A stretch of DNA of 60,175 bases, filler included, from Bipalium vagum (GCA_037834085.1; 3 parts of 3 records of this genome joined end to end with filler, not necessarily neighbours in it); one strand, 5' to 3'. Counted from the first letter of the whole stretch, positions 30,340 to 44,505 are shown. Notes: generated by a model from the letters alone, not told the origin. A program made the numbers and translations.

Positions 30340-33300
30340 TCTTATTACTATTATTTTTATTTTATTAATTATTATTTTTTATTATTATTAGACATTTATT
30401 ATAATATAACAATTAAATTTTAATTTTACAATTGTTTCATCATTTATGTAAAAAAATGTTTAATAATCAATAAAAAAGCATTTGTCAATACGTCTACATA
30501 AATTCACTTGATAATAATAAATAAATATATTATTGATAATATATTTCAATTCCTAAATCAAGCAGTTTTCATGATCACTTCTTTATAATGTGAGCTCTGG
30601 AAAGGAGGAACACAATAATAAGCAAGCTAAAGACTTTTACTAAATATCGTAACAGATTAAACCGGATTCATCGCAGATGAAATCACAATTTCCATTATAA
30701 ATAAAACCATTCCAGTGGAAAATTGTTCACAGGGCAATTAGTTTTTGTGAGTTTATATGAAAATATTTCATTAAAAATCTCTTCCGTTTTGGTGATAGAC
30801 ATCAGCTCTTTTTCTTTTGTTTTGTCTTATGTAAGGCGTAAACCAACCAAGGAAGAATACATCTGGTTCAGTGTTTTGAAAAAATATAAATAAAATTATT
30901 CTGGAAAATCACATAGGTGTACTGACACATGTACACAAGAATTGTTTTTCCCACTAAATAAATTTTGTATTTCAAAACTAAAATAAAACGAAAATATTTT
31001 TTCATTAAAACATAACATGGCACAATTTGCAAGCAACTGGTAAAATATTTCAAAATTTTTTTTATATTTATAATTTTTAATTAATATTAACTGTGTTGGC
31101 ACGAAAGTAATTTTCCATGTTACATAAATACATTTATCTTCACTTTAACTGAACATTTAATTTTAATAATCATTGTTTAAATAATATTGAAAGGGTGGGT
31201 GGATTCAAATTTCAATCAGTAGATAGATTGCTTTGTTTAGCTGTTATTTGCCACATTAAATGAGAGATTGCATTTGAGGTTATATTTTGATTGTAAGAAG
31301 ACATTGTATCATAAGCTTGCATAAAAATTATTTTAAGTGAATTGTCATGATGTATTAAGTGTTTTCTTAATCGAAGATACGCTCGATAAGATAAGATGTA
31401 GTCACCCAATAGATGTCATGACGACGAAATCAAAGACAGTCCATGAGAATCGGCACAAAACCACGTGAAATTACAATGAAGCTCAGAATATTTATTCTCA
31501 CATAATTTTTCTTATTATTAATATAGTTATCAGAAACAAATATCGAAAGCCATAGTGAGCATTTGAACTATTGATACAATACTTGAAAATAGCCTGATTT
31601 ATGGGAAATCAACATTAAACAGATCTTTGAAAATTGCTATTTGCTTATCGAACGCAACCAGGTAGCCAATTTTTAAAAAATAATAAAAATGGAATTGTTA
31701 CATTAATGTTTGTTGTAGACCGCGCCTTTCTTATTATCATTTGTTTCGATTAATTCAAAATTTCTTAAACTGTAAAACTTATGCTGGTCATGATGACGTC
31801 ATATACACATTGTTTCTGTTTTTTGCAGGTAAAACAAAGATGTATTATACAGAAGACATCTTTATCCTGGAACATATATAACATGTCTTTGATAACAATG
31901 GATAATTCATAGTTTAACAAAAATATTTAATTTCATTCTTTTGTTTCTTGAAAACACGGCAATTATTTTCTTGTTAAGAAAAAAATTATTTAATCATTTG
32001 TGATTTGATTGGAAAAAATAACAGTTAATTTTTAGGCTTAGATTGAATTCTAATTGTTTGACAGTTAAATAAAATGAAAGAAAATTTTCGTTATTTGACG
32101 AACTTAGGCTCATTTCTTTTCACTGGGACTGAGAGTGGGTTATAGATTATTTCGTAGACAAAGTATGGTGTAAATGTAAAATATAACACCTCGACAAATA
32201 CATTTTTGAGTTCACATTATAGTTTATTAAAGGTCTGATTAATCTACTGTCCAGAGTTCTAATGAACGTGGTCAAACATGAAACCGTGAGGTTAAAACAT
32301 TATAATTGTTATAAGGTTAAACTTTGGCCTTCTGTTTGGTACTGTGTTATAGACATTGTTCAGTCCAAATGTTTGAAGAAAAGTCGATAAATTGACAAAA
32401 TCAATATCAAGTTAAGAATATTTTGAGATGAAAGGCAAATGATGTTTACAATAAGTGGTCAGACATCTTACTAAGAACTTAGGACCTAAAAATGACACTA
32501 AAATGACGTCATTGTCCATTTTTAAAATGCATAGCCACACTGACATATCAAAAGGTTTTAATCAGCAGATGTATAGGTAATCAATGTGAGATCGTCAATG
32601 AATTTCTGACACTCAGCTCATCTGGTACACTTACAAACGGAGTACCTTTTGATTTAAGTGATTTAAGTCTTGGGGAATTTTCCAGATTGCTAAATAGGAC
32701 GTTCAAACTCCGACCTTTATAGGGGTATCATTTCTCACCATTCAGAAAGAATATTTGTTAATTTTTATTTTAAAATGATCATGGGTATCTTTACTTCAAA
32801 GTGTTAAGAGGATCTAATAAATATCATATTTGCCTCGTTTGAGAGTGTTTATTGAACCCTTTGACATTTTAATGAGCAACAGAATTTAAATAGAAAAATA
32901 TAAATAATATTCTTATAATTAACATTTAAAATAAATTTAGATAATCAAGATTGAAAATGTAGAGATAGATCCAAATAATGGAGTTAACAGAGGGACTTGG
33001 TAAAATATTATGGCAACAAGTGTGAACTATTATAAAAATGATTATAACACAAAACTTTGAAGTTTATCAAAGCTTAAAGAGAAAAATATTCATCTTTTGA
33101 AAAAGGCAACGATAGCACTGAAAAGATTATGTTAAATATAAACATAGACCATTTCCGATTTCCTCATTTATTCTACCTTCTCATCCTTTCACGCTACCAA
33201 TCTCCCCGGTTACGCTCTCATGATAAACCTAATCAAACCCCAAAATGTACAGGACACGGCTGAACGTTTGCATAATTCCGTTGGAAAATATTGCCCAGAA

Positions 33301-35059
33301 ATTAATTGTCAACAAAATCGAACTTGCTGATTAGCAGAATTGGAAGCGATTAATTTTCTCTGTTTCAGAAAAATCGGAGAAAATTGATTTAAATTTAATA
33401 ATCCATGTACAGTTCAAAAGATTTCTTTCTTTGGGAGAACGAGATCAATTTCGTTCTGTGACAGTCTCCTTTCATAAAATTTGTGGATATTTGTGAATTT
33501 CGATATTTTATGCCTATCAGTAATGCAAATCTTTGGATATTTTATTACTTCTCCCTCAATGGCAATTCGTTGGTAAAGCCTGAAATCATTGCAATATATT
33601 TTTATTTCTTCTTTAAAAAAGGTCGTCCAAATATAGATTAAATCTTCCGTGGTCGCTCTGGGGGAAATTGTTATTATATATATATACTTGGACTTTATCA
33701 TAAACCTGGAATTACTTTATACAATTTTTTTGCTGAATTTATTTATAACATCTGAAAAATATAAAATATAATATTTTAAAAGTCGAAAAACAATGAAAAA
33801 TGTTGAATATTTTTCATAGAAATTTAATGTGAGAGGATTCCACGTTCGGGTCCTGGCGGGGTCGTCATATTAACCTCTATTGACTTCTTATCCGTAATTG
33901 TATAATTTTTAAGAATTTATTTATACTATCACAAATCCGAAATATTCAAACAAGTTTTACAAAAAATTGGGAACCATATGGCAATATAAATAAAAATAGT
34001 ATAATAAAATTCAATATCTATTTAAGTTATTAATTGTTTAAATTTTATTTTTTATTACCACAATTATTAAAATATTTTTTAAAAACTAAGTTTACATTTT
34101 ACTTATTTGTACATATATATTAACATTTTTAATTTATTACTATTTATTATTTATTTTCATTATTATTTATTTTCACTATAATTTATTTTCATTATTATTT
34201 ATTTTTATTTATTATAAGTTATTATTATTTATTTATTTTTATTTTTAATTATTTATTAATAATTTTTAAAGTTATTAAATGTCATAATATATATAATAAT
34301 TAAAATAACATTTAATTAAATTTAAATACTTAATAATTAAAAATTATTAATAAAACTGCTACATTAAAATTTAAATATATTTTAAAAGTTAAAAATTCCC
34401 ATGATCTAATTAGCCTTTTCATGGAAGAAAAATAAATAAAAATCTATTATTTTTTATAGTAATAATAATATTTTATTTTTTTTATAATGAAGAAATTAAG
34501 TTTTAACTTTAATTTATTGAATAATATTTAAGCATGAGGTTCAAAAAGGTTATTAAACTCTTCATTATGAAAAGAAATTAATTTCAAAATAGAATTACGG
34601 GGTTCAAAAATTAAATAATAAAAGAAAGTATTATTATTCTTTTAAGTTAGATTTATTTCAGGAAGTAAGTTCAAGAAAATCTATTTGCACCCGGGAACAA
34701 TGGTCTTACTGATAAAAAACCTGATGCCTCAGGATGCCGGCTCGTATACATGTACAGCTTCTCTAAAGGGCACAAAGAGTTTCCAAAAATCCGATAAGAA
34801 AACAATACTTACTGTTTTAGGTAAATGGGAATAATATTAATAATTGAAAATAATTACTAAATTACAGTTCCAAAAGAGAAAATTAAACCCAGAATTCGCT
34901 TATCGTCTCACGATAATGAGAGAAAGGATGATAAAGTCATTGAGGTGTTGGAAGGATCAAATATCACTCTCTACTGCCTTTACGAATCTGCCCCGGTTGC
35001 TGAAGTGACGTGGTACTGGTTGAACAACAACAAGAAATACGAAGTTGACCCTCAGTTCG
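27207..35059 (+). CDS. Ihog/BOC/CDON-like Ig-domain protein, paralogue A (partial; exons 27207-27356, 34662-34820, 34868-35059)
   Basis: Phase-1 GT-AG exons splice to LNSFPLVHHESAEFLMGNVGQIVCMIPQSKPSPPHIEF...|GSKFKK...LLIKNLMPQDAGSYTCTA...LTVL|VPKEK...EVLEGSNITLYCLYESAPVAEVTW...QFG. The GNxxxIxCxxPxSxP motif is typical of Ihog/BOC/CDON Ig2. Not in the ORF track. Confidence 0.75.
28530..28816 (+). mobile_element. Mariner C-terminal remnant
   Basis: LNDLGY...SPDLSPTD...WQKDVA*HESYFE*. Confidence 0.75.
29030..29712 (-). mobile_element. Mariner N-terminal/middle remnant (cecropia-like)
   Basis: MNNYDFRSIFLYEFKL, KLDK*IHHEL and DRIIKCNENW (degenerate DRIVTCDEKW). Confidence 0.8.
33831..33864 (+). 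pseudogene. Isolated 3' half of a tRNA-Arg-like sequence
   Basis: gagaggattccacgttcgggtcctggcggggtcg resembles the recalled 3' half of eukaryotic tRNA-Arg (..AGAAGATTCCAGGTTCGACTCCTGGCTGGCTCG); no D or anticodon arm upstream. Confidence 0.45.
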
Positions 35060-38000
35060 GTAAGAATTAATTCGTCTCTGATTTCCTTAAAGCTTTCTAT
35101 AAAATCACCAAAATTGCAAAGAACACTTGGTAAAATCTCAGAATCTCATGAAAAAAGTCACTGGGATATGATACATTGTTAAAAATAAAAAGTACGAATA
35201 AAAGACACTTCCCAACATGGGAGACGTTTAGGATTGTTGAAAAATTGTACAAATCATTCCCTCCTAGACGGAATTCATCTCGACTATCCATTGAGACAAT
35301 ATCAATTTCTCCAATGGTAATTGTAAAGCAATCTTCAGCAGAAAAAATAAAAGATTCTGATTTCCAAATAATCGTCTATGACGAATTCCCATTTCCATCA
35401 TTAGGCAGGCTGGCCCCATTAATTCACATTTAGGAGGAAAGCGTTTTTCCACTCTCCTCGGCCGGTGTCCCATGAACGCGGAGCGCGCGCGCAGCGAGAA
35501 CGCTTTGCCGTGGGCCAATTTTGATTATTGTTCAAATCTAAATATGACTGGAATTTAAATTTCAGAAATTTTGATAATATAATTAAAATATTTTAATATA
35601 TTTTATATTCATATGTAAATTTTATTTAGCCTTTCAAGAAATATAATGCAAATTTTATTACATATTTTCTAATAAATATAATGGCATTATCATTATTAAT
35701 ATTATATATTTATATATTTCGAATTATTTTCTCCAGAATATTTAATTAAGTGAAATATATATATACTATTTTCTTTTCATTATATATGAATACTTACAAA
35801 TATTGCCTAATATTTCGTTTGAGGAAATAATAAAATAAAATGCTACATGCAAAATAATCAAAGCGTATTGTAATGACTTATAATATAAGAAATTATATAA
35901 AATATATTATTGCCAAAAAATCGGGAATTATTTAACATTGTAACAAAATTTTTTTTAAAAAATATAATAAAAATTAAATAAAAATATTAATTTTTGTTGG
36001 GAATAAAAAGATTTTTATTATCATGATTAAAACATTTTTTGGAAAAATAATTTTTGAAAAATTGTTTATTGAATTGTTTGTTTTACTCATTTCATTTCAA
36101 CGATTGATACAAAGTACACAAATCATTATTTATTGATGATCAGATAATAATAATAAGTTGAAATTGGTTATGTTATTGTTTTAATCAACGTAATTTATTA
36201 TTTTTTATTTTAAAATCTTGTTTTTCATTATAAATATAATATTTCTATTTTTATTCTTAATGATCAAAAGTTTTATAAAGTATCTCGGTCATAGTTAAGT
36301 AAATTAATTTAAATTAATTAGCTTAAAAAAATTTTTTTTATTTAATTAAAATATAAATAAATTAATTAATCAATTTATTAAAGTTAATTAATTAATTTAT
36401 TTTAAAAATTATCAAACTTATTTTTAAAAAGTTATATATTTAATTATTTTTTGTTTAAATGAAATTATTTGACCAATTATTGTCTAATTACTTTTATATA
36501 AATTGGTTAATTAAAATTACTTTTGTTAAAGATAATATAAAAAATGATAAAAATAAATATTTTATATTATTTACCTTATAATTGATGTATAAAATACCTA
36601 AAAACATGAAAATAAATGAGAAATAAATTATTTGTATAAATATCAGTAGTAGCTGACATTTCCTGCCTATTATCACAGGCCTATAATAAATTGAGAACCA
36701 TGATTTATGCTTCATTCTCTGTCGTTTTCTGTTTTAGAACCTTATTTTGATCTGAATAAGAAGCATCTTCATATGTTTTCCATGAACGATTTTCATGCAG
36801 ATCACAGACATGTCACTCTGCATTCAATGTGATCAGCGATTTTAAACGGATCTCTGAATCTCTAGTCTTCAGAACTTAACATTTATGTTGTATTCTGTTG
36901 ACAAGTAATTTATTAAGAATACTGTTATAAATTTCAAAAACAATAGGTTTATATTCGTTAGCATATTGGCTGAAAACATCCATCACAATTAACCATGTTT
37001 TAGGTACCAAACCAATACTCCCATGAATAAAGTTTCTTACATTCTCACATCGAATTATCTTCCTTATTTTTTTTAACATTTATAAAATGTTGCTCCATCA
37101 GAGATACTGGAAATCCTGATAACCAACTTTGGAGAGTTTGGCAGAACTTTCAAATTACCCTTGTGTTGTCCTAAGTAGTACTGTAACTGTTTATCTGATT
37201 TTCTGATTTAAACAATATATTCTAAATACAATAGACATGAGATATTAAATCACCTTTAGGACGTACATCTTAAGGAAGTTATCTTCACTTTTCCAAGAGG
37301 TACACAACATTCGATTTTCTACCCTAATATTATGCTTTTCAAAATAAAAAATAGACAATCATCAGTTACCAGATTATCAAGAAAAGATTCGTTTGGATAG
37401 GTACCAAGTATAGTGGAACTGAATTTCACACTGTCTAAACAGTTACCATCAGTCAGATTGACAGATCCACTACCACACTATCTGAAAGTATCTTGTGGTC
37501 TTGACATGGTTTTCAATGCCCATCAGAAACTAGACTTTTTTTCTGAATTTAATAAAAGAGATTAACCAAGTGAAGATAAGAAGAAATAGAAGAAGAAGAA
37601 GAAAAAGAAAAAGAAAAATATTTACTCTAATCTTTGAGTGAGCTAATCTATTGCGGAGAGTTCATTATTAATTCTATTGTTAACTTAATTTTAAAATTAA
37701 AAAAATTATAATTATATAAATTATAAAACTTTTGAATAAATAATATTATTAAAATTTTAATTAATTTGAGAAGAAATTATTTATTTCATCTTTGACCGGG
37801 GAAAAATATTAATGTTCAGATACCATGTCCGGCCTGGTTATCAAAACGAGACATAGAATTGAAATTTTTTTTGCCTCTAATATCATACATTAATATCATT
37901 ATTAAAATGGCTTTGATAAAATTGGCATTCGCGGCCTCCAGAACGTCGATGTTATCGAGAAATTATATTATTATACCTTTGAATTTTTATCTATATTCCT

Positions 38001-41000
38001 TTATTATCTTTTTACCATACCTTTTAACCACTTATCTTTGTGGAAACCTTCATTATCATGAATGAAAATAAATAAATAACACCTTAAGTGTCATCCCCAA
38101 ATGTTATATTCTTATGAAAGTAGTTTTCAAGATGAATTCATTTCTCCACAACAATCCATATATTCAGATTCTTTTCTCTTTTCCACAAGGTAGACTTGAT
38201 AGAAATGTTTTGCAGCGTTTTTATGACCAGTGACCAATCTACCAAAAGAATTCAAATTCCTGCTGAATATTTTCATTGAATTCTTCTACCAAAATGTGTA
38301 TCGAAGGAATATCGATTAGTGATAGCGGTCACCAAATGAATGCCTTCGTTTTACAAAGTACCCTGTGATGAAAGAAAACTTATTTCATTATTTCTTCACA
38401 AAATTCATTCTCCAAGTCTCACATAACCTTATTAATGAAGAAAAAATAATAACATAATTTGGATACCTTTTTTTCTAATTATTACTTCTGATAAACCAAA
38501 TACCCAAGACTTTCAGCTACAGATTTCTGTTACCATTAGAAGAGGTCGAATAATTCGTTTTCTTCAACAAATCTCTTCTAATTCCAACAAGAATGTAAAT
38601 GAGATCATACATTAATCTCTTTTCAACTCTCTTTTTTTAATTTTCTCCTATTTACAATTAATCAATATCTCCTTTTGGAATACATTGTCTATTGGTACCT
38701 TTGTCTGCCGTTTATCTCTACGAAATTCATTTCGTTTTTCAAAGAGTGTCGTCTTCCATTTTCATGAAATTCCTAATGAAACGAATTCCTTCAAATGTCT
38801 AAAGAATGTCAGAAAAAAACAATAATAAAAACTTCTTGAATAATACATCAATATCAAAATAAATATTATTTTCCCAATCAAAAGAGAACGATATCGCGGA
38901 TTTTAGTTTCGAGATGAATTAAAACGACAAGACTGAATATAATTAGGAATCTGCTCAGCGCTAAACAAGAAAATTATACGAAAAATAAAAATTATATAAT
39001 AATAATAATAATTATTATTATTGTTGTTGTTCCTGGACAAAGAAGAATCAAGCAGATACGATTTTCTATTTGCACTGTTAATTAAAACAGAAAATTTCTC
39101 CGTGAAAAATTCTGACGAAAACTCAGCTCTGTGAAGGAGAAAAATTCTCTGACATTCATTCCACTGCTTCTCGACCTTGGAATGCCGAGGTCGTCAATGA
39201 GAATGCGTTAAGCCTGGAAATTATTTATTATCAACGACTGAATAAATTTCAGCTTAAACAAATTTCTTTCAAAGGCAAAATTATAAATTCGAGAAATAAA
39301 TTAGACAGTTCAATAAATGGTTATCTTTTTTCTCTGACTTATTTTCGCTCGTTTTTTATTTATTTTATTCAATTTTTTAAAAATTTTAAAAAAATTATTA
39401 AATTTATTTATTAGTAGTAATTACTATTAATATTTTTAATTATATTAAGATTATTAATTAATTATTTTTTTTAATTATAATTTTAAAAACTAAATTTAAT
39501 TTCAATTTATTAATATAAATAAATTTTATTATTATTAATAATTTTTTTTAATAATTTTTAATAAATTTTTTATATTTTTTTAATTTTTATAAAATTATAA
39601 ATTCCATATCAACTTTAATTTCTGCTAAAAATGCTATTAGAAAAAGTAATTGTATTTTAAAAATAAATAAAATCAATTATTAAGAAAGAAATTTAATGAA
39701 AAATTTTTTATTAAAAAAAATAAAGTTTTAAAATGAGAGAACAAACTTTGGAAGAAAAATCAATTTTCAGAATAATTTTTTATTTTAACATAAAAATTTT
39801 ATAAGGAAATAATATGCTCAGTTTTGAGGTTTTAAATCTTCATAAATAAATAATTGTTTCAATATTTACCACACTGATATTTTTGATATTATGTTTATTT
39901 GTTTTAATAATAATGGCCTGTTCTTCAATGTTCCAAACTGCTCTTTCCACAGACCAATGTCTGGAAATGAATTTCTAAAATATCAAATCGATTTTGCTAG
40001 AATTTACCAATAAAAATATATAATAAGTGTCAATTAATGAAAATCTTTGGTAAAAAGGAATAAATTTATTGTAAATTCCTAATTACCCTATCTTGTCGAA
40101 GTTTCTGTTTCACCGGAACTCAATATCTTTCAACTGTGTGCAGTTCCGGAACATTGGATTTTTAAACTCTTCGGGCATAAAGTTCACATTATTTGCAATG
40201 CACCAATCAACAATTAACTTCATATAATGTCGGGGTTATTTTCCAATGTCTCAAGATTTTAGATATTTGTATTGCACTTTGAACCGTTCGAGCCGAAAGA
40301 GCAAGTACTGTTTCTACACATTTTCTAGTTTTTGATAGATTTCTTTTGTAAACAAACGCTAGCCCTTTCCGCATCTTTTCTTTTTCACCTATCATATTTG
40401 ACAAACAGCTAAAAATTGAATTCAACCTCAACAATAAAGAGAATGATTCACACTTTAAAGAAAATTGATTGAACTTATGAAGTTATAACCGTTGTAAAAA
40501 ATACTTTTCAGTCCTGTCTTATTATATATTTCTAAATCAATAAAGCTATAAATAGATTAAATCGTGATACCAATATTTTAATTAATGAGCAATAATTTTA
40601 AACCATTATCCAACATTTTAATTTCAAATTACTAATATTACTATTTTTAAAAAAATATTATACATTTTCTAAATTTAATAAATAATATTTACAAAAACTT
40701 TAAAAATAATTAAAAATATAAATAATATATAAATATCTGAAGCAATTTTATTAATTTTTCCGGTTCTGAAAAATAATTCTTAATGATTAATTTAGAATAT
40801 TTTGATATTTTATATTATTTTTAATTAATTTTAAAAAATATTAATAAAGTTAGAGAATAATTTTAATAATATAAATTTAAAAAATTATTTTAATATTTTA
40901 ACATTTTCTAATTCATAATTTTTCGTAAAATTTATTAATTATTCATTATTCATTATTAGTCTAGTAATCACAGAATTCAAGATTATTTATAGACATAGAA

Positions 41001-42399
41001 GCGAAATAATTTTCTATTTTTTATTTTATTATTTATTTGATATTGCGACAAAAATATGCACGAGAATCAGTGAAAAAATCTAAGAAAATCATTAATTATT
41101 ATAATTGAAAAATAATATTCCTTCAAATATACGTCTAATGCTCTTTTTAATTTTTACTTTTTCTCCGTTCTAATTTTTATAATACTTTATTAAGGAATTA
41201 TAAGTTTTAATAAATTATCTCTGCCTTATATTTGATGTAACTTATTTTGAAACTTTATAAAAATCATTTTCTGCAATCGGTTTTTAAAAAAATTTTTTTT
41301 CTTTTATAAGAAGAAAATTTATGAGAAAACAAATAAAATAATCATAATAAGACTTAATTGTGATTATTAAACGCTTTCAGAACTGAATTATTGTTAACCG
41401 ATAAAAAATACTTTCACTAATTATTGATTAGAAGGACATTATAAAAAAACGTGTATGGAAATATAAATATATTGATTATATTTTGATGTATGTGCACACA
41501 GATGGCGATAGAGTAAATTATTTCAAATGAAAGTGTTACAAGACTGAAAACATTATGTGCGTAATTAGGGAAAATGCGTCTTCAGGGATTAAGAAATTGA
41601 TTATTTTGTAAAGGTATACAAATAAAATGTAAAGAACATAAAATAAAGAATAATTTTAATAAAAGATCATAAATAACGATCATTATATTCACAATTTTGT
41701 TTTAATAAATAAAAATAAATTGATGAAAAATCTCGGGTTTGAAATGCGTGGAAAACCGTGAAATACTTTAAGATAATTTGTCAGGGAGATTTGAATCATA
41801 TAATCCACCAATAATTTATTTTTAAGAAATTTATTGGAATTATATTATTTTTATCTTGAATTTAATTTTATTTAAAATGAGATTGTAAAAATAATAATTT
41901 TTTTTTTAGAGATGAAATATCAAAAATAATATTTTTCTGAAATCAAATTTCAATTTTTTTAATTTCTACTTTCATTTGGTGCTCCAAAAAGAGCTGATTT
42001 ATTAATAAAACACATTTCAGACATTTATGGTATTTGTGACAACACACTTTGCACTTGCTTGTCTTTGATTTACAATGTAAGATTGACTCGTGATAGAACT
42101 TTGCCTTTGACCCATTTGTCAGAAACTTTAGCAGTTATGTTTCGAATTTTTTCACTAAAGGATTTTTGATTTAATTATTAGTATGTGTAAAATCCAATAA
42201 TCTGGGAGGCAGATTAGTTGGCTGAGAGATAACTTAACCCATATTTTTTTTGAATCATGAAGGTTTACCTCATGGTCCTATTCATCGTACCAATGGTCAT
42301 TAGCCTTTGATTTTTAAAATTTATATAAAATAATATTGGTTCATAAACAGAGACACTTAAAATTGAAAAACTACACAAATCCAACGTTTATTTTATAAT

Positions 42400-42970
42400 A
42401 ATTAAACCTTTTCTCCACCAGGCTGGAGGCATAAATCTATTGGTTTACAAAATTAACAATAACGTTGGGTAACATCCAAATGAGAAATTGCTTTTATTTT
42501 TTCTTTTATCATTTGTTTCCACTAGCCTGGTTATACAGGTTTACTTATATTTATCCCCATAGATAATAATCCGCTGGTTTTATATCTGGACCTCTGGGTG
42601 ACCACGGAGTTGAACCTTTACGTGCAATCCATCTTTGAGAAATTTTCTCATTTAAAAAATTCCTGATCAGCAGTGCCCAATTAAAAGATTTTCCATCTTT
42701 TTAAAGTATTGTTTTGGAATATTTTTGTTAGTCTTTAAATTAGGAATCACATATTCCGTTACCATTTTTAAATAAGAGTAACAGTCACTGTTCCATCCGA
42801 AAAGTATGGACCAATAATTTTATTGTGAAACATTCCAGCCCAGACAATAACACCAGGAGACCTTATTTGCTTTTCTGTGAGATGATGGGGATTTTCATAT
42901 CCACACAATTATGCAAATTAATGTTCCCACCTAATTTGAATATTGACTCATCGAAAAACAGTACATTTTA
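42400..42970 (-). mobile_element. Degenerate rosa-type DD41D transposase
   Basis: VLFFDESIFKLGGNINLHNC, VIVWAGM..NKIIGPYF and KDG...QRWIARKGSTPWSPRGPDIKPADYYLWG; 41 residues between the last two Asp. Confidence 0.85.
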
Positions 42971-43092
42971 ACCTTTTTGTTAAATTTTTTTTATCATTAA
43001 TGTTTTGTATTTTCCATTTCTAGGCTTTTATTTCAAGACTTAAAAATTATTTCCATCAGTTCTATTATAGAAAACCATATTACAAATTTGAG

Positions 43093-43094
<2 letters not shown>

Positions 43095-43165
<71 letters not shown>
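43095..43165. repeat. (TTA)n microsatellite at contig end
   Basis: More than 20 perfect units running into the N spacer. Confidence 0.95.
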
Positions 43166-43265
43166 NNNNNNNNNNNNNNNNNNNNNNNNNNNNNNNNNNN
43201 NNNNNNNNNTTAATTAATTAANNNNNNNNNNNNNNNNNNNNNNNNNNNNNNNNNNNNNNNNNNNN
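43166..43265. other. Synthetic assembly spacer (44N-TTAATTAATTAA-44N)
   Basis: Same 100-nt spacer as 25366-25465. Confidence 0.97.
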
Positions 43266-44505
43266 ACCTTTTTGTTTTTGATGAATTTTCGTCTTTAAAT
43301 AATCGTTTACAAAGTCCAAGGACTTTATGCGCACCCTGTATTTAAGAAGTCTTTATTAAAGTTGAATATAAAGTATAGATTTTAAGCTATCAATTATTAA
43401 AATCCTTCATAATATTTTAATATGAAAATATTATTTTTTATTACTTTTAAAAATTATTATTGTGTAACTTTTAGCTCTTCTGATAAAAATCTATCATTTA
43501 ATTATAAAATTAACTAATAATCTAATTTCTAAAATAATTTGAAATTATCATTTTCTTAATTTTCTTAATTAAATAATTATTTTTTAAATACCATGAAAAA
43601 TAAAAAAAATTTCAATATATCTTGATTATACACAAATATCCCTATTCAATTAAATTACAGATTATTTTTAGTTCTAACAATTCATCAACTTGAGTGACAT
43701 ATAGAACAGTGAAAACCAGACTTCTAAATACCGATTTGAACAAAACTTTGAAAATTGCTTTCCAAAACTGGTTATAGCCGAAAAACATCATAAAATACAG
43801 AGTTTAATTTTTTATTCAATCAAGTCTTGAATAATGGTAAATAAATATATCAGGTTACAACGACAATGTATCTAAAATTATGCATAAATCATTCAATAAT
43901 AAATTCAAGAAATGGTTAGATTATTTTAATGAGAGGACTGGCTTAATTTTGAGAGATAAATCAAAATACACAAATATATAGACAACAGTCTGTTTCTCAA
44001 GTACATTTATTTATTGAACATTCATAAAGTTATATTTAATAAATTCACATAAATTTATTTAATAATGATTTTAAATTTAGAAAACAGATTCGAAATTATA
44101 TTTTTTCAGAAAATTACCTGAATTATTATTTTAAACTGTCTTAAGATAAGTAAATTATATTCATTATTTATTATAATTTTCTACTAGCAAAAAGAAATAT
44201 AAAATTATATTAGAATCTGCTTTTAAATTTCTGAATTGCTTATTAATCGTATGAGAGAAACAAAGGAGTAAAAATAATATTACACATTTCCATTAAAGCT
44301 TTCGCATTGAAATTTCTATTAGTTGACTGTACAGGTACAGAATTTGTTGTTAATAACAGTTACAATTTTTTGACTTACAGTACGTTGTGTAAAATATTCA
44401 AAAAATAAATCAATTTTTGCATTTATGATATTGTCTGAAAATGTTCTCTTTAAATTATTTGACTTGTGAATATAACCCAATGAACATAGACCAATAATAT
44501 ATATA

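Noticed and set aside
35097-35518. Three overlapping short ORFs
   Set aside because: By-product of locally higher GC; no Ig or transposon motifs and no consistent splice sites.
36660-38800. Decayed coding-like stretches
   Set aside because: Many stops in all frames and no recognisable family; they are not the missing Ig or FN3 exons.
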